A DNA stretch of 64,000 nt from an uncultured delta proteobacterium (GCA_963754925.1 CAVWHX010000007.1:160001-224000), one strand, 5' to 3'. Shown: positions 21,559 through 32,999, counted from the first letter of the stretch. Notes: generated from the letters alone by a model not told the origin. Translations and numbers: made by a program.

Positions 21559-21873
21559 TTACGACTCCTCGGCCTCGGAAGGAGGAATGCGAATGCCGCA
21601 GTTGCGGCAAATCACCCCTTCGATCGACACCCCGCAGGTTGGACACTTCCGGAGGCTTTCTAATGAATCGTGCTGCGGGGCAGGCGGTTGATACATCGTG
21701 ATGCGCAGTCCGCACGTGTCGCAAAACTTCCCCGACGCTTGCTCATGGCCGCACTGATCGCAGTGAAGAAGAGCCGCCGGGGCCGAACGTTCCGTGGCCC
21801 GCGGAAGCATCAAGCCGCAGGACTCGCAGATACGCCCGGATTGCTGCTCATGGCCACAGTGTTCGCAACGCAT
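21559..21873 (-). CDS. Multi zinc-ribbon protein
   Basis: Six CxxC motifs; ATG at 21873 behind GGAGG. Confidence 0.65.
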   Translation of the reverse strand: MRCEHCGHEQQSGRICESCGLMLPRATERSAPAALLHCDQCGHEQASGKFCDTCGLRITMYQPPAPQHDSLESLRKCPTCGVSIEGVICRNCGIRIPPSEAEES

Positions 21874-21916
21874 CGACTGACCTCCGGTCTGTGCCCGATC
21901 TCTCTTGTACCAAATG

Positions 21917-24046
21917 TCACGCCACTTCCGCCAGCAACAACCGATCGCCCCACCGTCGCCACAGCGCATGCCGTATGTGTTGGTTTTCAGGCTGCTTGAG
22001 CAGTGAATCGCGCTCGATCAACGCAAATGCATCCTTGCGCGCTTCAGCGAGGAGTTCGGCATCGCGCATGAGATTGCCAAATAAAAATGACGGGAGGCCG
22101 GACTGACGGGTGCCGATAAATTCACCAGGACCACGAATGGCCAAGTCCTCCTCGGCGATTAAAAATCCGTCGTTGGTTTTCTCCATGATTTTGAGCCGAC
22201 TGCGAGCGTCTTCCGATGGATATCGATGAGCCACCAGATAACACGTTCCGGGCCTCGTTCCCCGTCCGATTCGTCCGCGCAACTGATGGAGTTGGCTGAG
22301 TCCGAAGCGCTCGGCGTGCTCAACCACCATCAGGGTAGCCTGCGGAACATCCACACCCACCTCGACCACGGTGGTCGCCACCAACACATCCACCTCGCCC
22401 GCGGCGAATCGGCTCATGACCCGATCCTTTTCCTCGCCGCTCATTCTGCCATGCAATAAGGCGAGTCGCAAACCCGCCAGGGTGCCGGTGCGCAGCCGTT
22501 CGTACATCTGCGTGGCGTCGCGGAGCTCGACCTTGTCTGACTCTTCTACCAATGGATACACCAGGAACGCCTGGCCGCCCGCCTTAACCTCGCGACGCAC
22601 CTGCTGGTATGCTTGCAGCACTTCCGTACCTCTCAAAACAACCGTTTTTATAGGGCTGCGGCCCGGAGGCAATTCTTCAAGCATCGAAACATCGAGATCG
22701 CCGTATATGGTCATCGCGAGTGTCCGAGGAATCGGCGTGGCGGTCATGACCAAGACGTGCGGTTGTTCCCCTTTCGCCCGCAGCCGCGCTCGTTGCATGA
22801 CGCCGAAGCGATGTTGCTCGTCGATCACACACAATCCCAGCCGCTTATAGCGGACGCCTTCTTCGATCAACGCATGCGTGCCGATCACCACCTGCACCGC
22901 ACCCGTGGCCACTGCCTCCAAGATCTGGGAACGGGCGGCACCTTTAATGGTCGAGGTCAAAAGCGCCACCTTAATCGGTTGTCGGCCGCGTTGCATCATG
23001 GCTTGCATGCGGCGATGGTGCTGATCGGCGAGGATCTCGGTCGGCGCCATAAAAGCGGTCTGGGCCCCGGCGTGCGCGGCCACCACCGAGAGCAGGGCCG
23101 CCAATGCCGTCTTGCCCGAGCCAACATCACCTTGCAACAAGCGGTTCATGGGTTTTGGCGAGGTGAGGTCGGCGAGCAACTCGGCCAGCACCTTCTGTTG
23201 CCCGCCCGTGAGTTCAAACCCGAAGAGATCGCGCGCGAGCGTCAGCATATCGTCCGAAACCGGCAGTGGTCGGCTACCCGTGCGTTTTATCAATTCACGC
23301 CGCAGCGCCAATCCGAGTTGCAGGAGAAAAAACTCCTCGTAGACGACCCGGCGATGGGCGGTCGATCGGCCATCGTTATAAGCATCGAGGTCGGCGTCGA
23401 TCGGCGGAAAGTGCACCAGACGGAGAGCTTCCGCAAGGGGGGGAAACCCGTGTTTGACGCATATCTGCTCGGGCAGAATATCGGTTACCGATGCGGCGTA
23501 CTGCTCAACCACCCGGCGCATGATCCGGCGCAGCGTCTTTGGATACACGCCGTCGATCTCGGGATAAACGGGAATCAAGGTGCCGAAGTCTTGACCGACT
23601 ATCTCATCCTCGTCGCCAAGCTTCTCGATATCGGGGTGAATCACCTGGCGCACCCCGCGGTAGATTTCCAGGATGGCGGCCACGCGCACCCGATCCCCCC
23701 GCGCGAAGCGGCGTTCAATGGACGGCGCGTGAAAATGAAACCAGCGCGCGCGCAGCTTGCCGGTGGTATCCCCAAGCAACACCTCGAACATCTGCCGGCC
23801 AGCACCGGTTCGACGCACGCCGAAATCAAGCACCTCGGCCTGAAACGAGGCCCGCGTGCCGGACACGAGTTCCCGAATCGTCACCACGCAGCGTCGATCT
23901 TCATAGCGTCGGGGGAGAAGAAACAATGCGTCCCCCACCGTATGAATATCGCGGGTGGCAAAATGCTCGGCCAACCGCGGCCCCACACCCTTTACATACT
24001 GAATCGGGCTCTGCAGCACATCGGCATCTTGATTGCAAGCGGCCAT
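21917..24046 (-). CDS. recG: ATP-dependent DNA helicase RecG
   Basis: QGDVGSGKT, DEQHRFG, TATPIPRT, LHQLRGRIGRG, DL.IRGPG. Confidence 0.97.
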   Translation of the reverse strand: MAACNQDADVLQSPIQYVKGVGPRLAEHFATRDIHTVGDALFLLPRRYEDRRCVVTIRELVSGTRASFQAEVLDFGVRRTGAGRQMFEVLLGDTTGKLRARWFHFHAPSIERRFARGDRVRVAAILEIYRGVRQVIHPDIEKLGDEDEIVGQDFGTLIPVYPEIDGVYPKTLRRIMRRVVEQYAASVTDILPEQICVKHGFPPLAEALRLVHFPPIDADLDAYNDGRSTAHRRVVYEEFFLLQLGLALRRELIKRTGSRPLPVSDDMLTLARDLFGFELTGGQQKVLAELLADLTSPKPMNRLLQGDVGSGKTALAALLSVVAAHAGAQTAFMAPTEILADQHHRRMQAMMQRGRQPIKVALLTSTIKGAARSQILEAVATGAVQVVIGTHALIEEGVRYKRLGLCVIDEQHRFGVMQRARLRAKGEQPHVLVMTATPIPRTLAMTIYGDLDVSMLEELPPGRSPIKTVVLRGTEVLQAYQQVRREVKAGGQAFLVYPLVEESDKVELRDATQMYERLRTGTLAGLRLALLHGRMSGEEKDRVMSRFAAGEVDVLVATTVVEVGVDVPQATLMVVEHAERFGLSQLHQLRGRIGRGTRPGTCYLVAHRYPSEDARSRLKIMEKTNDGFLIAEEDLAIRGPGEFIGTRQSGLPSFLFGNLMRDAELLAEARKDAFALIERDSLLKQPENQHIRHALWRRWGDRLLLAEVA

Positions 24047-24047
24047 G

Positions 24048-25301
24048 TCAGCGTTGGCAGTTCTTCTGGTTTATGATTTCGAGCAGGGCTTGGGCGCGGG
24101 CTTTGTCGTTAGCCATGGCCAATGCGTCGTACTCGGTTGAAGCCTTCGTAAGCATGGTCAATCCACAGTACGCCTGGCCGAGGAAGAAGTGCGCCTCGTG
24201 GTCTTGGTAGTTTACCTGGATGACGGGCTCGAGGGTCGAGACAGCGTCCTTGAAGCGTTTACGGGCCAAGTAGAGCTGACTCAACAGTATCCGGCACGGC
24301 TGGCAGAGGGGAGTTAACATGAGGGTCTTCTCGAGCAAGCGTAGGGCTTCGCCATCTTGTTTATGTAACAACTGCAACCGAGCCAAGTTGAGATAGCCTT
24401 CGGCCAATTCGGGCTCCACCGTAACCGCCTTGGTATACTCCTTGAACGCCAAGTCATTGAGCAAATTCTTCTCGTAGATCTGACCGAGGCGCACATGGGC
24501 CAGGCCGAGATTCGGATTGAGGCGGATGGCCTGCTGCAACGGGACCATCGCGCGTTCGGTATCGCCCAATCGAAATAACGCATTGCCGAGATAGTATTGC
24601 CCCAAGGCGTTGCCATGATCCTTTTGTACCGCTCGTTCGAGAACCGGCAACGCCCGTTTAGGCTCATTGGCAAAAATATAGGTTTTGCCTACCTGAATCA
24701 ACGGTTCAGCGCTTTCAGGTGCGGCAGATGCGGCGGCGGTATAGGCCTCGAGCGCACGATTAAAATCGTTTGCCTCAAAAAAGATATCCCCCCGCTTCAA
24801 ATGTGCCTGGACATGCTTTGGGTTTCTGCTAACCGTGCTGTCGAAACATTTCATGGCCTCGGTGGGATTATGCTGCTCCAGTAACATGGTTCCTTTGAGG
24901 TAGTAGTTTTCCGGATCGTCGGGGGCTAATTGAATCGCTTGATCGACCTCAGTTAATGCCTGCGGCAACCGCTCCTTCGCCTTATAGGCGCGAGCCAGTC
25001 CACGATGAGCGTCAACCGAGCTCGGCGCTTTTTTTACCGCACTTTCAAAAGCCCCGATGGCTTGATCAACGTGATTGAGTTTGAGGTTTAGTTCTCCAGC
25101 CTTGCACGAGCCCTGAACGGTTTTTTCCTCGTTCCGGTCGGCCTCGGCGTAGGCCTTCAGCGCGTCGCTCATCTTGCCCTGGCTGGCGAGTTCGTCACCA
25201 CGGCGTAGCAATTCAGGAACTGGCGAGCACCCGCCGATAGAAAAACACAAGGTCATACCGACCATCCATCGGCCCCAGTGTCTTCTAGGCATCGCGTCCA
25301 T
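24048..25301 (-). CDS. TPR-repeat lipoprotein
   Basis: Lipobox IGGC; many 34-aa TPR repeats. Confidence 0.8.
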   Translation of the reverse strand: MDAMPRRHWGRWMVGMTLCFSIGGCSPVPELLRRGDELASQGKMSDALKAYAEADRNEEKTVQGSCKAGELNLKLNHVDQAIGAFESAVKKAPSSVDAHRGLARAYKAKERLPQALTEVDQAIQLAPDDPENYYLKGTMLLEQHNPTEAMKCFDSTVSRNPKHVQAHLKRGDIFFEANDFNRALEAYTAAASAAPESAEPLIQVGKTYIFANEPKRALPVLERAVQKDHGNALGQYYLGNALFRLGDTERAMVPLQQAIRLNPNLGLAHVRLGQIYEKNLLNDLAFKEYTKAVTVEPELAEGYLNLARLQLLHKQDGEALRLLEKTLMLTPLCQPCRILLSQLYLARKRFKDAVSTLEPVIQVNYQDHEAHFFLGQAYCGLTMLTKASTEYDALAMANDKARAQALLEIINQKNCQR

Positions 25302-25315
25302 GTCGTTCCTCGCCG

Positions 25316-25792
25316 CTACTCAAAACTAATCCCTTCGACCACGAACTCGCGTTCGCCGGCCGGGGTCTGAACCACGAACAGGTCGCCAACCGCCTTGCCT
25401 ATCATCGCTCTTCCCATGGGAGCTTTAATTGAGATCTTTCCCCGTGGGAGATCCGTCTCTTCCTCACCGACCAACTGGTACGTGATGCGGCGATCGTTCG
25501 AGCAATCAGTAAGAATAACCGTCGCGCCAAAAACCACCGTAGTGCCCTTAACATCCTCGGGGCGTATCACCTGGGCGCGGGCGAGCTTGTCTTCAACGTC
25601 CTTGATACGCTGATCGAGCTGTTGCTGGTGCTCCTTGGCAGCATCGTATTCGGCGTTCTCGGACAAATCACCATGACCGCGCGCGTCTTCGATTGCCTGG
25701 ATAATCTTCGGACGTTCCTCTGATTTTAACCGCTTCAACTCTTCCAGCAGCTTGCGATACCCATCGGGCGTCATCGGAACCCTTTCAGCCAT
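25316..25792 (-). CDS. greA: Transcription elongation factor GreA
   Basis: HGDLSENAEYDAAK; start MAERVPMT at 25792. Confidence 0.95.
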   Translation of the reverse strand: MAERVPMTPDGYRKLLEELKRLKSEERPKIIQAIEDARGHGDLSENAEYDAAKEHQQQLDQRIKDVEDKLARAQVIRPEDVKGTTVVFGATVILTDCSNDRRITYQLVGEEETDLPRGKISIKAPMGRAMIGKAVGDLFVVQTPAGEREFVVEGISFE

Positions 25793-26020
25793 AGTCGCTA
25801 CTCCTCGTGGGTGTTGTGAAAACCAAACGCCGCGGATCACCGCGGCGTTCAACCATTTTAGATCGCATGCCGTCCTCGAATCAAGCAGAAAGACTGCACA
25901 AACGGATATCACCCCAGCCGGTTGTGGTACGTCACCTATCGCTACGCCGAGCTCACTAAAAACTTGGCACGATCCATCTGCTGTGGCTAAGATCTCATTA
26001 AATCGCAAATAGGAGAGGTC

Positions 26021-27337
26021 ATGACGACAACCAAAGTCATCATCATGGGCGCAGCCGGTCGGGACTTCCACGACTTCAACACCTATTATCGCGACAATGA
26101 AAGGTATCAGGTCATCGCCTTTACCGCCACTCAGATTCCGAAGATCGGCGGCCGACTATACCCGCCGGTGCTCGCCGGAAAGCTCTATCCCAAAGGCATC
26201 CGTATTTTCCCAGAGGAGAAGCTGGCCGAGCTCATTCGCACCCATGACATCGATGAAGTTGTTTTCGCGTACAGCGACATCAGTCATGTGGAGTTAATGC
26301 ACAAGGCCTCCCTCGTACTCGCCTCCGGCGCCAGCTTTAGGCTCCTAGGGCCGCACGCTACGAGTCTTGTCTCGAAAAAACCAGTCATCAGCGTTTGTGC
26401 CGTGCGCACCGGCGTTGGGAAGAGCTCGGCTACGCGCTACGTTATCAAGGTTCTGCACGAAATGGGCAAAAAGGTGGTTGCCGTCCGGCACCCGATGCCC
26501 TACGGCGATCTTTCCAAGGAGATCTGTCAACGTTTCGCCACGCTTCAGGATCTCGACGCGCAAAACTGCACCATTGAGGAGCGCGAAGAGTATGAACCGC
26601 ATATCCGAAAAGGGGTGGTGGTGTATGCCGGCGTCGACTACGCCGAGATACTGACCCAGGCGGAAAAAGAGGCCGATATCATCGTCTGGGATGGCGGTAA
26701 CAACGATTTTTCTTTTATTCAGCCGAATCTCCAGATTGTCCTGGTCGATCCCCATCGCGCCGGTCACGAACTGCTCTACCATCCCGGCGAGACTAATTTG
26801 CGCCTTGCCAATGTGGTGGTGATCAACAAGATTTCTTCGTCGCAACCCGAGTGGATCAAAACCGTTCAAGACAATATCGCCCGGATCAACCCTTGCGCCA
26901 GCGTCGTCAAGTCCGACTCGCCCATCACCGTTGAGAATCCTCAGGAGGTCAAGGGCAAGCGCGTCTTGGTGGTTGAGGACGGGCCCACCTTGACTCACGG
27001 CGAGATGAAATACGGGGCTGGCACGTTGGCGGCAGAACAGTATGGGGCAAAAGAGATAGTCGATCCGCGACCGTACGCTATAGGCGCCATCAAAGAGGCC
27101 CTCGAAAAATACCGCCACATCGGGCCGCTCCTGCCGGCGATGGGTTACAACAAAGCCCAGCTTCGCGATCTCGAAGCCACCATCAAAAAGATCGACTGCG
27201 ATCTGATTCTTATCGGTACCCCTATCGACCTAGGCCGGGTTATTACCATCAATCAACCGACATTGCGCGTAACCTACGAACTGGCAGACTGCGGTACGCC
27301 AACCCTGGCCGAGTGCATCCGCGAGAGGATAAACTAG
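26021..27337 (+). CDS. COG2403 P-loop NTPase (cDPG-synthetase family; candidate arginine synthetase ArcE)
   Basis: GAAGRDFH, RTGVGKS, RHPMPYG, TIEEREEYE, WDGGNND, EDGPTLTHG, LPAMGY. Confidence 0.8.
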   Translation: MTTTKVIIMGAAGRDFHDFNTYYRDNERYQVIAFTATQIPKIGGRLYPPVLAGKLYPKGIRIFPEEKLAELIRTHDIDEVVFAYSDISHVELMHKASLVLASGASFRLLGPHATSLVSKKPVISVCAVRTGVGKSSATRYVIKVLHEMGKKVVAVRHPMPYGDLSKEICQRFATLQDLDAQNCTIEEREEYEPHIRKGVVVYAGVDYAEILTQAEKEADIIVWDGGNNDFSFIQPNLQIVLVDPHRAGHELLYHPGETNLRLANVVVINKISSSQPEWIKTVQDNIARINPCASVVKSDSPITVENPQEVKGKRVLVVEDGPTLTHGEMKYGAGTLAAEQYGAKEIVDPRPYAIGAIKEALEKYRHIGPLLPAMGYNKAQLRDLEATIKKIDCDLILIGTPIDLGRVITINQPTLRVTYELADCGTPTLAECIRERIN

Positions 27338-27344
27338 AGACTTT

Positions 27345-28106
27345 ATGGGAACCATAATGTGCACAGTACGAATTAAGCTTGGCACCTATGAAAATGTCGA
27401 CGCGGACTGTCCAACGTGCGGTAAAACGTCCCGATACAACAGGGTTTCGGACCTGAAGACTACGGAGCCAATTCCCGGAAAGGATGTCGCCTGTCTCCAG
27501 CCAGATTGTCGTCAAACGTTTAGAATCATTTCGGACACGATTAATCCCAGACATGAAATGCTTGTCTACGACTGCTACGACCTCATCAAAGAGAAGCGAT
27601 ATGCTCAGTGCATACTAAACCTATGCCAAGCTTGGGAGTGTTACTTTAGCCTGTTCTTACGTGTCACCCTCTGTTACGCACCTTTTTCTGGCCAGAACAA
27701 AGACATTAATCATATAAATAAGAATCTCCAGGAACTGTATTCAAAGATTAAGAATTGGACTTACAACCCCTTGCGGAGCGCATATGCGGTTGTGGTTGGA
27801 AAATACGGGAAACGGGTTCCGTCTTCGGACGTTGATATCGTCCTCGCCAACCTTGCGAACTACAAGAATTACAAAATACAATGTGTTGTTCAATCGACGA
27901 AGGATCCGAAATGGCAAACACATCTTGAGTGCCTGAGTAAGACCAAGATTAATGTAAAGCGAAATGAGGTTGTCCACAAAGAATCGCATAGGCCCACTCT
28001 GCAGGAAGCAAATGATGCAATTGAGGAAACGAGAAGAATATTATTTTCCTTAGCTCAGGAAACCGAGATCCAGACTGAGGACGTCAACTGGTACCTTAGC
28101 CACTAG
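27345..28106 (+). CDS. Hypothetical protein with N-terminal Zn-ribbon and C-terminal HEPN-like RNxxxH motif
   Basis: CPTC...CLQPDC; KRNEVVHK near the C-terminus; lower GC than the flank. Confidence 0.5.
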   Translation: MGTIMCTVRIKLGTYENVDADCPTCGKTSRYNRVSDLKTTEPIPGKDVACLQPDCRQTFRIISDTINPRHEMLVYDCYDLIKEKRYAQCILNLCQAWECYFSLFLRVTLCYAPFSGQNKDINHINKNLQELYSKIKNWTYNPLRSAYAVVVGKYGKRVPSSDVDIVLANLANYKNYKIQCVVQSTKDPKWQTHLECLSKTKINVKRNEVVHKESHRPTLQEANDAIEETRRILFSLAQETEIQTEDVNWYLSH

Positions 28107-28132
28107 ATGCTTTTGCTTATAAATTAAGGTCT

Positions 28133-28492
28133 TTATTCCAGGACCTGCGTAGAAGATGGCAGAAGCACTTCTAGAAGCGCAATCAACTACGGAATGTGGA
28201 TGGACGCTACTGCCCACATACGCTCCTGTTTGATATCTCCATACTCGTGCGCTAGCACGTTTCGCTGACCGATAATGCCCTTCCATGGAATTTCCGGATG
28301 TTCTTCTTTAAACGCATCCGTCACGCGTCTTGCCGCTTCACCAATTATTTCCACAGCGCGCTCCACCGCCATCTGAAGCTTTCGATCCTCTATGTACTGT
28401 TTGACGGTAACGTCTGAAATGAAACTCTTTACCGTGCGTGCTGCATCGAGCATATCCCAGAGATAGGCTGCGTCGCGCTCTTCAGGCCGCAT
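28133..28492 (-). CDS. HEPN/DUF86 toxin (HepT-like) with an in-frame TAG at 28187-28189
   Basis: IIGEAA, IPW, RNVLAHEY; the frame continues after TAG as LIALLEVLLP... to TAA at 28133. Confidence 0.8.
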
Positions 28493-28790
28493 GGAGAATC
28501 TTTCTGTTCTTCATAATAGAATTTCGGCGAAACGGGTTGCGTATGGCTTCTTTTTCCACAAGATCAACTTCGCGCCCGAAAATTGATTTCAGTTCCTCCT
28601 GCATTCTGACGACATCGAGCAGGCTCCAACCCGCATATTCATCAAAGCTTACCATCACGTCCACATCACTATCAGGTCGAAAATCGTCGCGCAGTATCGA
28701 TCCGAATAGTGAAAATTCCGTGATCTTCCATGTGCGGCAGAAATCCCTAATCTTATCCATTGGAATGTCTATTTTTAGCTGTGCTCTCAC
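28482..28790 (-). CDS. Minimal nucleotidyltransferase antitoxin (MntA-like)
   Basis: LFGSILRDDFRPDSDVDV (GSx10DxD); overlaps the HEPN gene. Confidence 0.88.
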   Translation of the reverse strand: MRAQLKIDIPMDKIRDFCRTWKITEFSLFGSILRDDFRPDSDVDVMVSFDEYAGWSLLDVVRMQEELKSIFGREVDLVEKEAIRNPFRRNSIMKNRKILHAA

Positions 28791-29168
28791 GACTCAAACC
28801 CGCCCTAATCAAATTATCAGCCAATCGTTACCCGCTTACAATCTTATGCGGCATTAAAACTATCATCTAAGAATCATGCGCAGAAATCAAGGTATTCTTC
28901 TCTCAAAAACATAAAACGATGAGAATCTTTTTCTCTCAGGAAACCCAAGGATTGAGGTAGAAAATCATTCCATTTCTTTTCGTTCCAAAATCACTGTACA
29001 TGAGGGTATGCGCCTGGTGTAATAAGATAGGCCATAACGGTGAATGGCTTCCTATCGAGGAATATTTTGGTCGAGAATTTGCCACAATGACATCTCATGG
29101 CATTTGTCCGGAATGCTCCAAAACGCTTAGAGAGCTTAGGGGGAGAGAAAGTCTGTCTACCTATTAAA

Positions 29169-30402
29169 CTATTGTTCAACCACTAACACATTAAATGGCG
29201 AATCGAATGTCGGACACGTGCTGTGACTAATAGTAAAAGCGACATACTTGTTTTTTATCTGGGTTACCGCCATAACAATAGGGAATGTTAACTGACAAGA
29301 AGCGGTAACGGTTGCCGTTATCAAGCCAGGCGCCGGTTGCGATGCATTCTTAAAATTCACGGTGCCGCCTGATGTAGAGAGTAAGCCATTATCAATGTCA
29401 GTATATTCTAATGCATTCATGTTAGTTCCGTCCGCAGTGACGGAAACGGGAGATGTTTCAGGTACTCCACAATGGCTACTTAAACACGTGCCTCCAGAGA
29501 TTCCATTTTTGTCGTTGCAGTCGCCATCTGAGATACATCCATCATAGTAATCATCCCAGGGGTCAAAGTTCATACCCTTAAACGACCTTCCGTTAGCCAG
29601 GAAATCGTTGAGGTCTATATCTGAGGCCGGTTGCACCACCCCGGCGAAACCATAACTGGCACTGTCTTGAATGAAAATACCTGATGGGGTGAACGCAATC
29701 CTTACGGGATTGGTATTAGAGTCTGAACACTGTATAACACCTTCACTACACGCGCACGAAGACAGGGAAACCGGATCGCCCGGCCGATCCGTCTAAATGA
29801 TATGCGGTGACATCTACGGCATAGGTTCCTCCTGAAACAGTTATTACAGCTGTCCCATATGCGTTATCCGCACTTGAACAGGATTTGGTTGCAATGACCG
29901 CCGTGGCTGTCGGACACCAATCACTGCCGGGCATGATAATCCAGTTTGCACTGGTAATCCCCTCCGAGGGACAAGCGCCTTGTGCGGCAGCTACCACCGG
30001 CCCATTCACTGACAGCTGTACGGTACCATCATGGTCAAATGTGTAAAATGGCGCCACCGCCGCCATTACCATGGTATCAGGGATCTCTAACGTATATGCG
30101 GATGCAGGAATAGGTAGCTTTGTGTCATTTGAGCTGGTGATATTCAATTTTGAAAATCCAGCCGAAATCCCGGTCAATTGAGTTTCGCTGCCGGAATAAT
30201 TAAGGCCCTGTGTATTATTTATTGCCGTGAAGGTTACTGAGCCGCTCGTGTCCGTTGTTCTGGTCCATGACCAATAATCTCCGGGAGTTTGTGTCCCAAC
30301 AAAATTTGTAGTACCGGTTTTTGAATTACCGCCGCCACCACATCCTAGAATTATCAGTGACCAGAAAATAGTCATCGACACAGCAAGGTTTCTAAATCTC
30401 AT
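29169..30402 (-). CDS. Hypothetical Thr/Ser-rich lipoprotein, frameshifted near 29770
   Basis: Lipobox ILGC-GGGG after ATG 30402; continues in ORF 29169-29639. Confidence 0.55.
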
Positions 30403-30689
30403 GATAGATGCCCCCTTTTTTTGACTGAGTTCGCATTTTTTCAATGTCCCCCGACGTTCGTGGTAACCATAGCACACTTTATTGTTTTTAGCTAAATTTT
30501 CAGTCGAACAGGATCTATGCCATCCAAAGAAATAAATGAATGTTTTTTGCTGCCATTTGCATTCAAAATATTTATTAATCGAATGGTACTTGGACTGGGC
30601 TGGGGCACCTTGGCTGGGGGAGCGCCTATATCGTCCAACTGAGGATATACTCACTCTTAGGCTTACCTTCGCCGATAGAAACCTCGATT

Positions 30690-31186
30690 TCAAAGTTGGT
30701 ATTTGTTGCTCCTAAGAGCTTTAAAATCGATAAGCCACCAACCTTTAAGGGTCAGCTCAAAGATTCTTTGTTGTTTTTCAAAACCAACATAGGTTAGGAG
30801 AACCTTCCCTTTTGCAATTGAGGTGATTGTAGCAGTCACATTCTCAAAGTATTGTAGATTTATCGCCCCCAATCGTTCTAAAACTTTTTCTACCGAACCT
30901 AAAGAAATATAAATATGATGTACTCCTTTGATTAATTGCTCGGTGCTTTCTAACGTCTGTTGAGCAATTGCTGATTCATCACCTTTATACACGATCTTGC
31001 ATACTTGTTCAAGCCAATGTACATAACTATCGAGAGGGTAAAACTTGCTTGCGAGAAGCGTCTCGTTAAATATTTTTCGATCTTCTTATTAAGCGCATTA
31101 ATCATTAAATTGACTGCCGCTCGACCAAACTTATCTAAGACATAATTCTTCGACGCCAGTAAACCCGCTCCTTTTAATTTAACCAT
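30690..31186 (-). CDS. TIGR02265/DUF2378-like protein, frameshifted
   Basis: MVKLKG...V..KFG...; alternate frame LLASKFYPLDSY; joins ORF 30690-30992. Confidence 0.45.
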
Positions 31187-31395
31187 ATCTCCCCCTTTTA
31201 TGGGTTTGAATCTAAAATGCACTTTTCTTCGTTCATTCTGAGTATAAATATAGATAAAAGTGAGATCAAGAAAACAACTGACATGATGTTTTTAGGTCTT
31301 GACCAGCAACTGCATTTTTCTTATGTTAAACGCCGCTAAAACAACTTCTTCTCAAGAAGAATGGTAGGCGGTGTTTAGTTAGAAGAGGAGGAAAT

Positions 31396-32940
31396 GTGTC
31401 TTCGACAATTTCAAACAGCTATGATGTTATCGTCGTCGGCTGCGGTATAGCAGGATCGGCGGTCGGCGCTCTATTATCAAATAGGGAACGCAAGAAGGTT
31501 CTCATCCTTGAAGCTTCGCCGCACATTGGGGGGCGCGCCATATCTTTCCGGGGAGAGGGTATTACCGACGCCGATGAATTCAGTAAAACGCTCGCCATGT
31601 CGGCTCATTCCTGAGTTAGCGAGAGGACTGAACCGGATCTTCCCACGCTTATAAAAAAGAAGATGCTCCATGGATATGTCCTCGAAGCCGGCGGCCGGGG
31701 CGCCTGGTACACCAACCGGGGGCGCGTGAGCCACGCCCTGGCGCTATTTAACAAGGCTTCAATCTTTTATCCCAATTCAGGCTTTGTGTGGTACGACCAT
31801 GCCGGGAAGCCGTACATCGTCGATAGAAGATCGAAATATGGTTGGATGAGCGATGAAGATTATGCTGAGATGGTGAAAGTCCATAAACGCAAGCTCCAGG
31901 TACATACCATAGCCGAGGCGGAAAAACTCGACCACGTGACCCTGAAAGACTGGGTGGAAGGGATAACTCAAAACGAACTCGCGCGAGAATTCCACTATGG
32001 CATGGGGACGTTCCAGACGATCATCAATGACCCGGCGCTCAACGCTGCGGGAGAGAACCTCAAGGTATTTCTACAAGTGCAGGACACCGGCGTGCACATA
32101 ACCGATGGCGCCTGGGCTTTTGCCGGAGCGCCCGGACACCGGTTTATTACCGAAGGGTTTGCTGCCGCGGTCAGAGACGCTCACGGCGACATAGTTACCA
32201 ACGCCAAGGTCAAGGAGGTTATCATTCAGGACGGGAAAGCGGGTGGTGTTGTCGTTGAAATTGACGGCGCAACGATTGAAATAAAATCCTCGATGGTAAT
32301 CTGCACCGCCCCGCCCAAGGCATTGCTGAAGTTTTTGCCGGAAAGCGCACTGCCAGCAGATTTCGTTAGATTAACTAAAAAGATAATCCATACATCTATG
32401 GTTGCCGGCAACTTCGGTATGTCTAAACCGCTGAATTCCTTCTGTAAGCTCAAGGTTGACCTCAGGTCTTTCCATCACACCTCCACGTTGATTCCCGAGA
32501 GCGAAGGGTTGTTCAGGGGCAATGTTCCACTCGACATAGTGGCGCTATCTGAGATTGCACCCACAACCGCCCCTGAAGGCAAGCACTTGGCAGGTATGGC
32601 GAGCAGTATCCTGGATAGCGAAGCGCATGATAAGAAGAAGGTGAACATAGTAATCGATAGGATGCTGAAGTTTGCCGATACTGCATTTCCAGGCTGGCGA
32701 AAATCACTTGATTGGATGCTGGTTACGGTATGAGATACCTGTATCTTGTGGAGACATCCAGAGGATGAATGGGTGGATGTGAAATGCCCTTCTATCGAAG
32801 GGTTGTATTTTGCCGGTGATACCTACGGCAAGCGCACCAACGAAGGGGGGATTGAGGGCGCCACCCACTCTGCGTTTATTTGTGCGAGCGCCATAACCGG
32901 TAAGGATTATCTGCAACTCCTACCGCCCGTTTTCCGCTAA
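31396..32940 (+). CDS. FAD-dependent oxidoreductase (phytoene-desaturase-like) interrupted by two in-frame TGA codons
   Basis: ORFs 31396-31614, 31663-32733 and 32746-32940 are in one frame; VVGCGIAG...E...IGGR at the N-terminus, GLYFAGD at the C-terminus. Confidence 0.8.
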
Positions 32941-32999
32941 TGATCATTGGGTTCTACTTCCATCACCGTGCAGGCTGCTACGAGCGATAGATTTGAGTT

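Noticed and set aside
22613..24076. Long antisense ORFs (487 aa here, 340 aa at 34026, and others)
   Set aside because: Shadows of GC-rich recG and RND genes with no motifs of their own.
28187..28189. Pyrrolysine readthrough of the HepT TAG
   Set aside because: The position is normally Glu (GAG to TAG) and there is no pyl context; a point change or error is simpler.
31396..32940. Genome-wide UGA reassignment
   Set aside because: Core genes such as recG, ribD and nrdR end at TGA, and this gene uses TGG for Trp.
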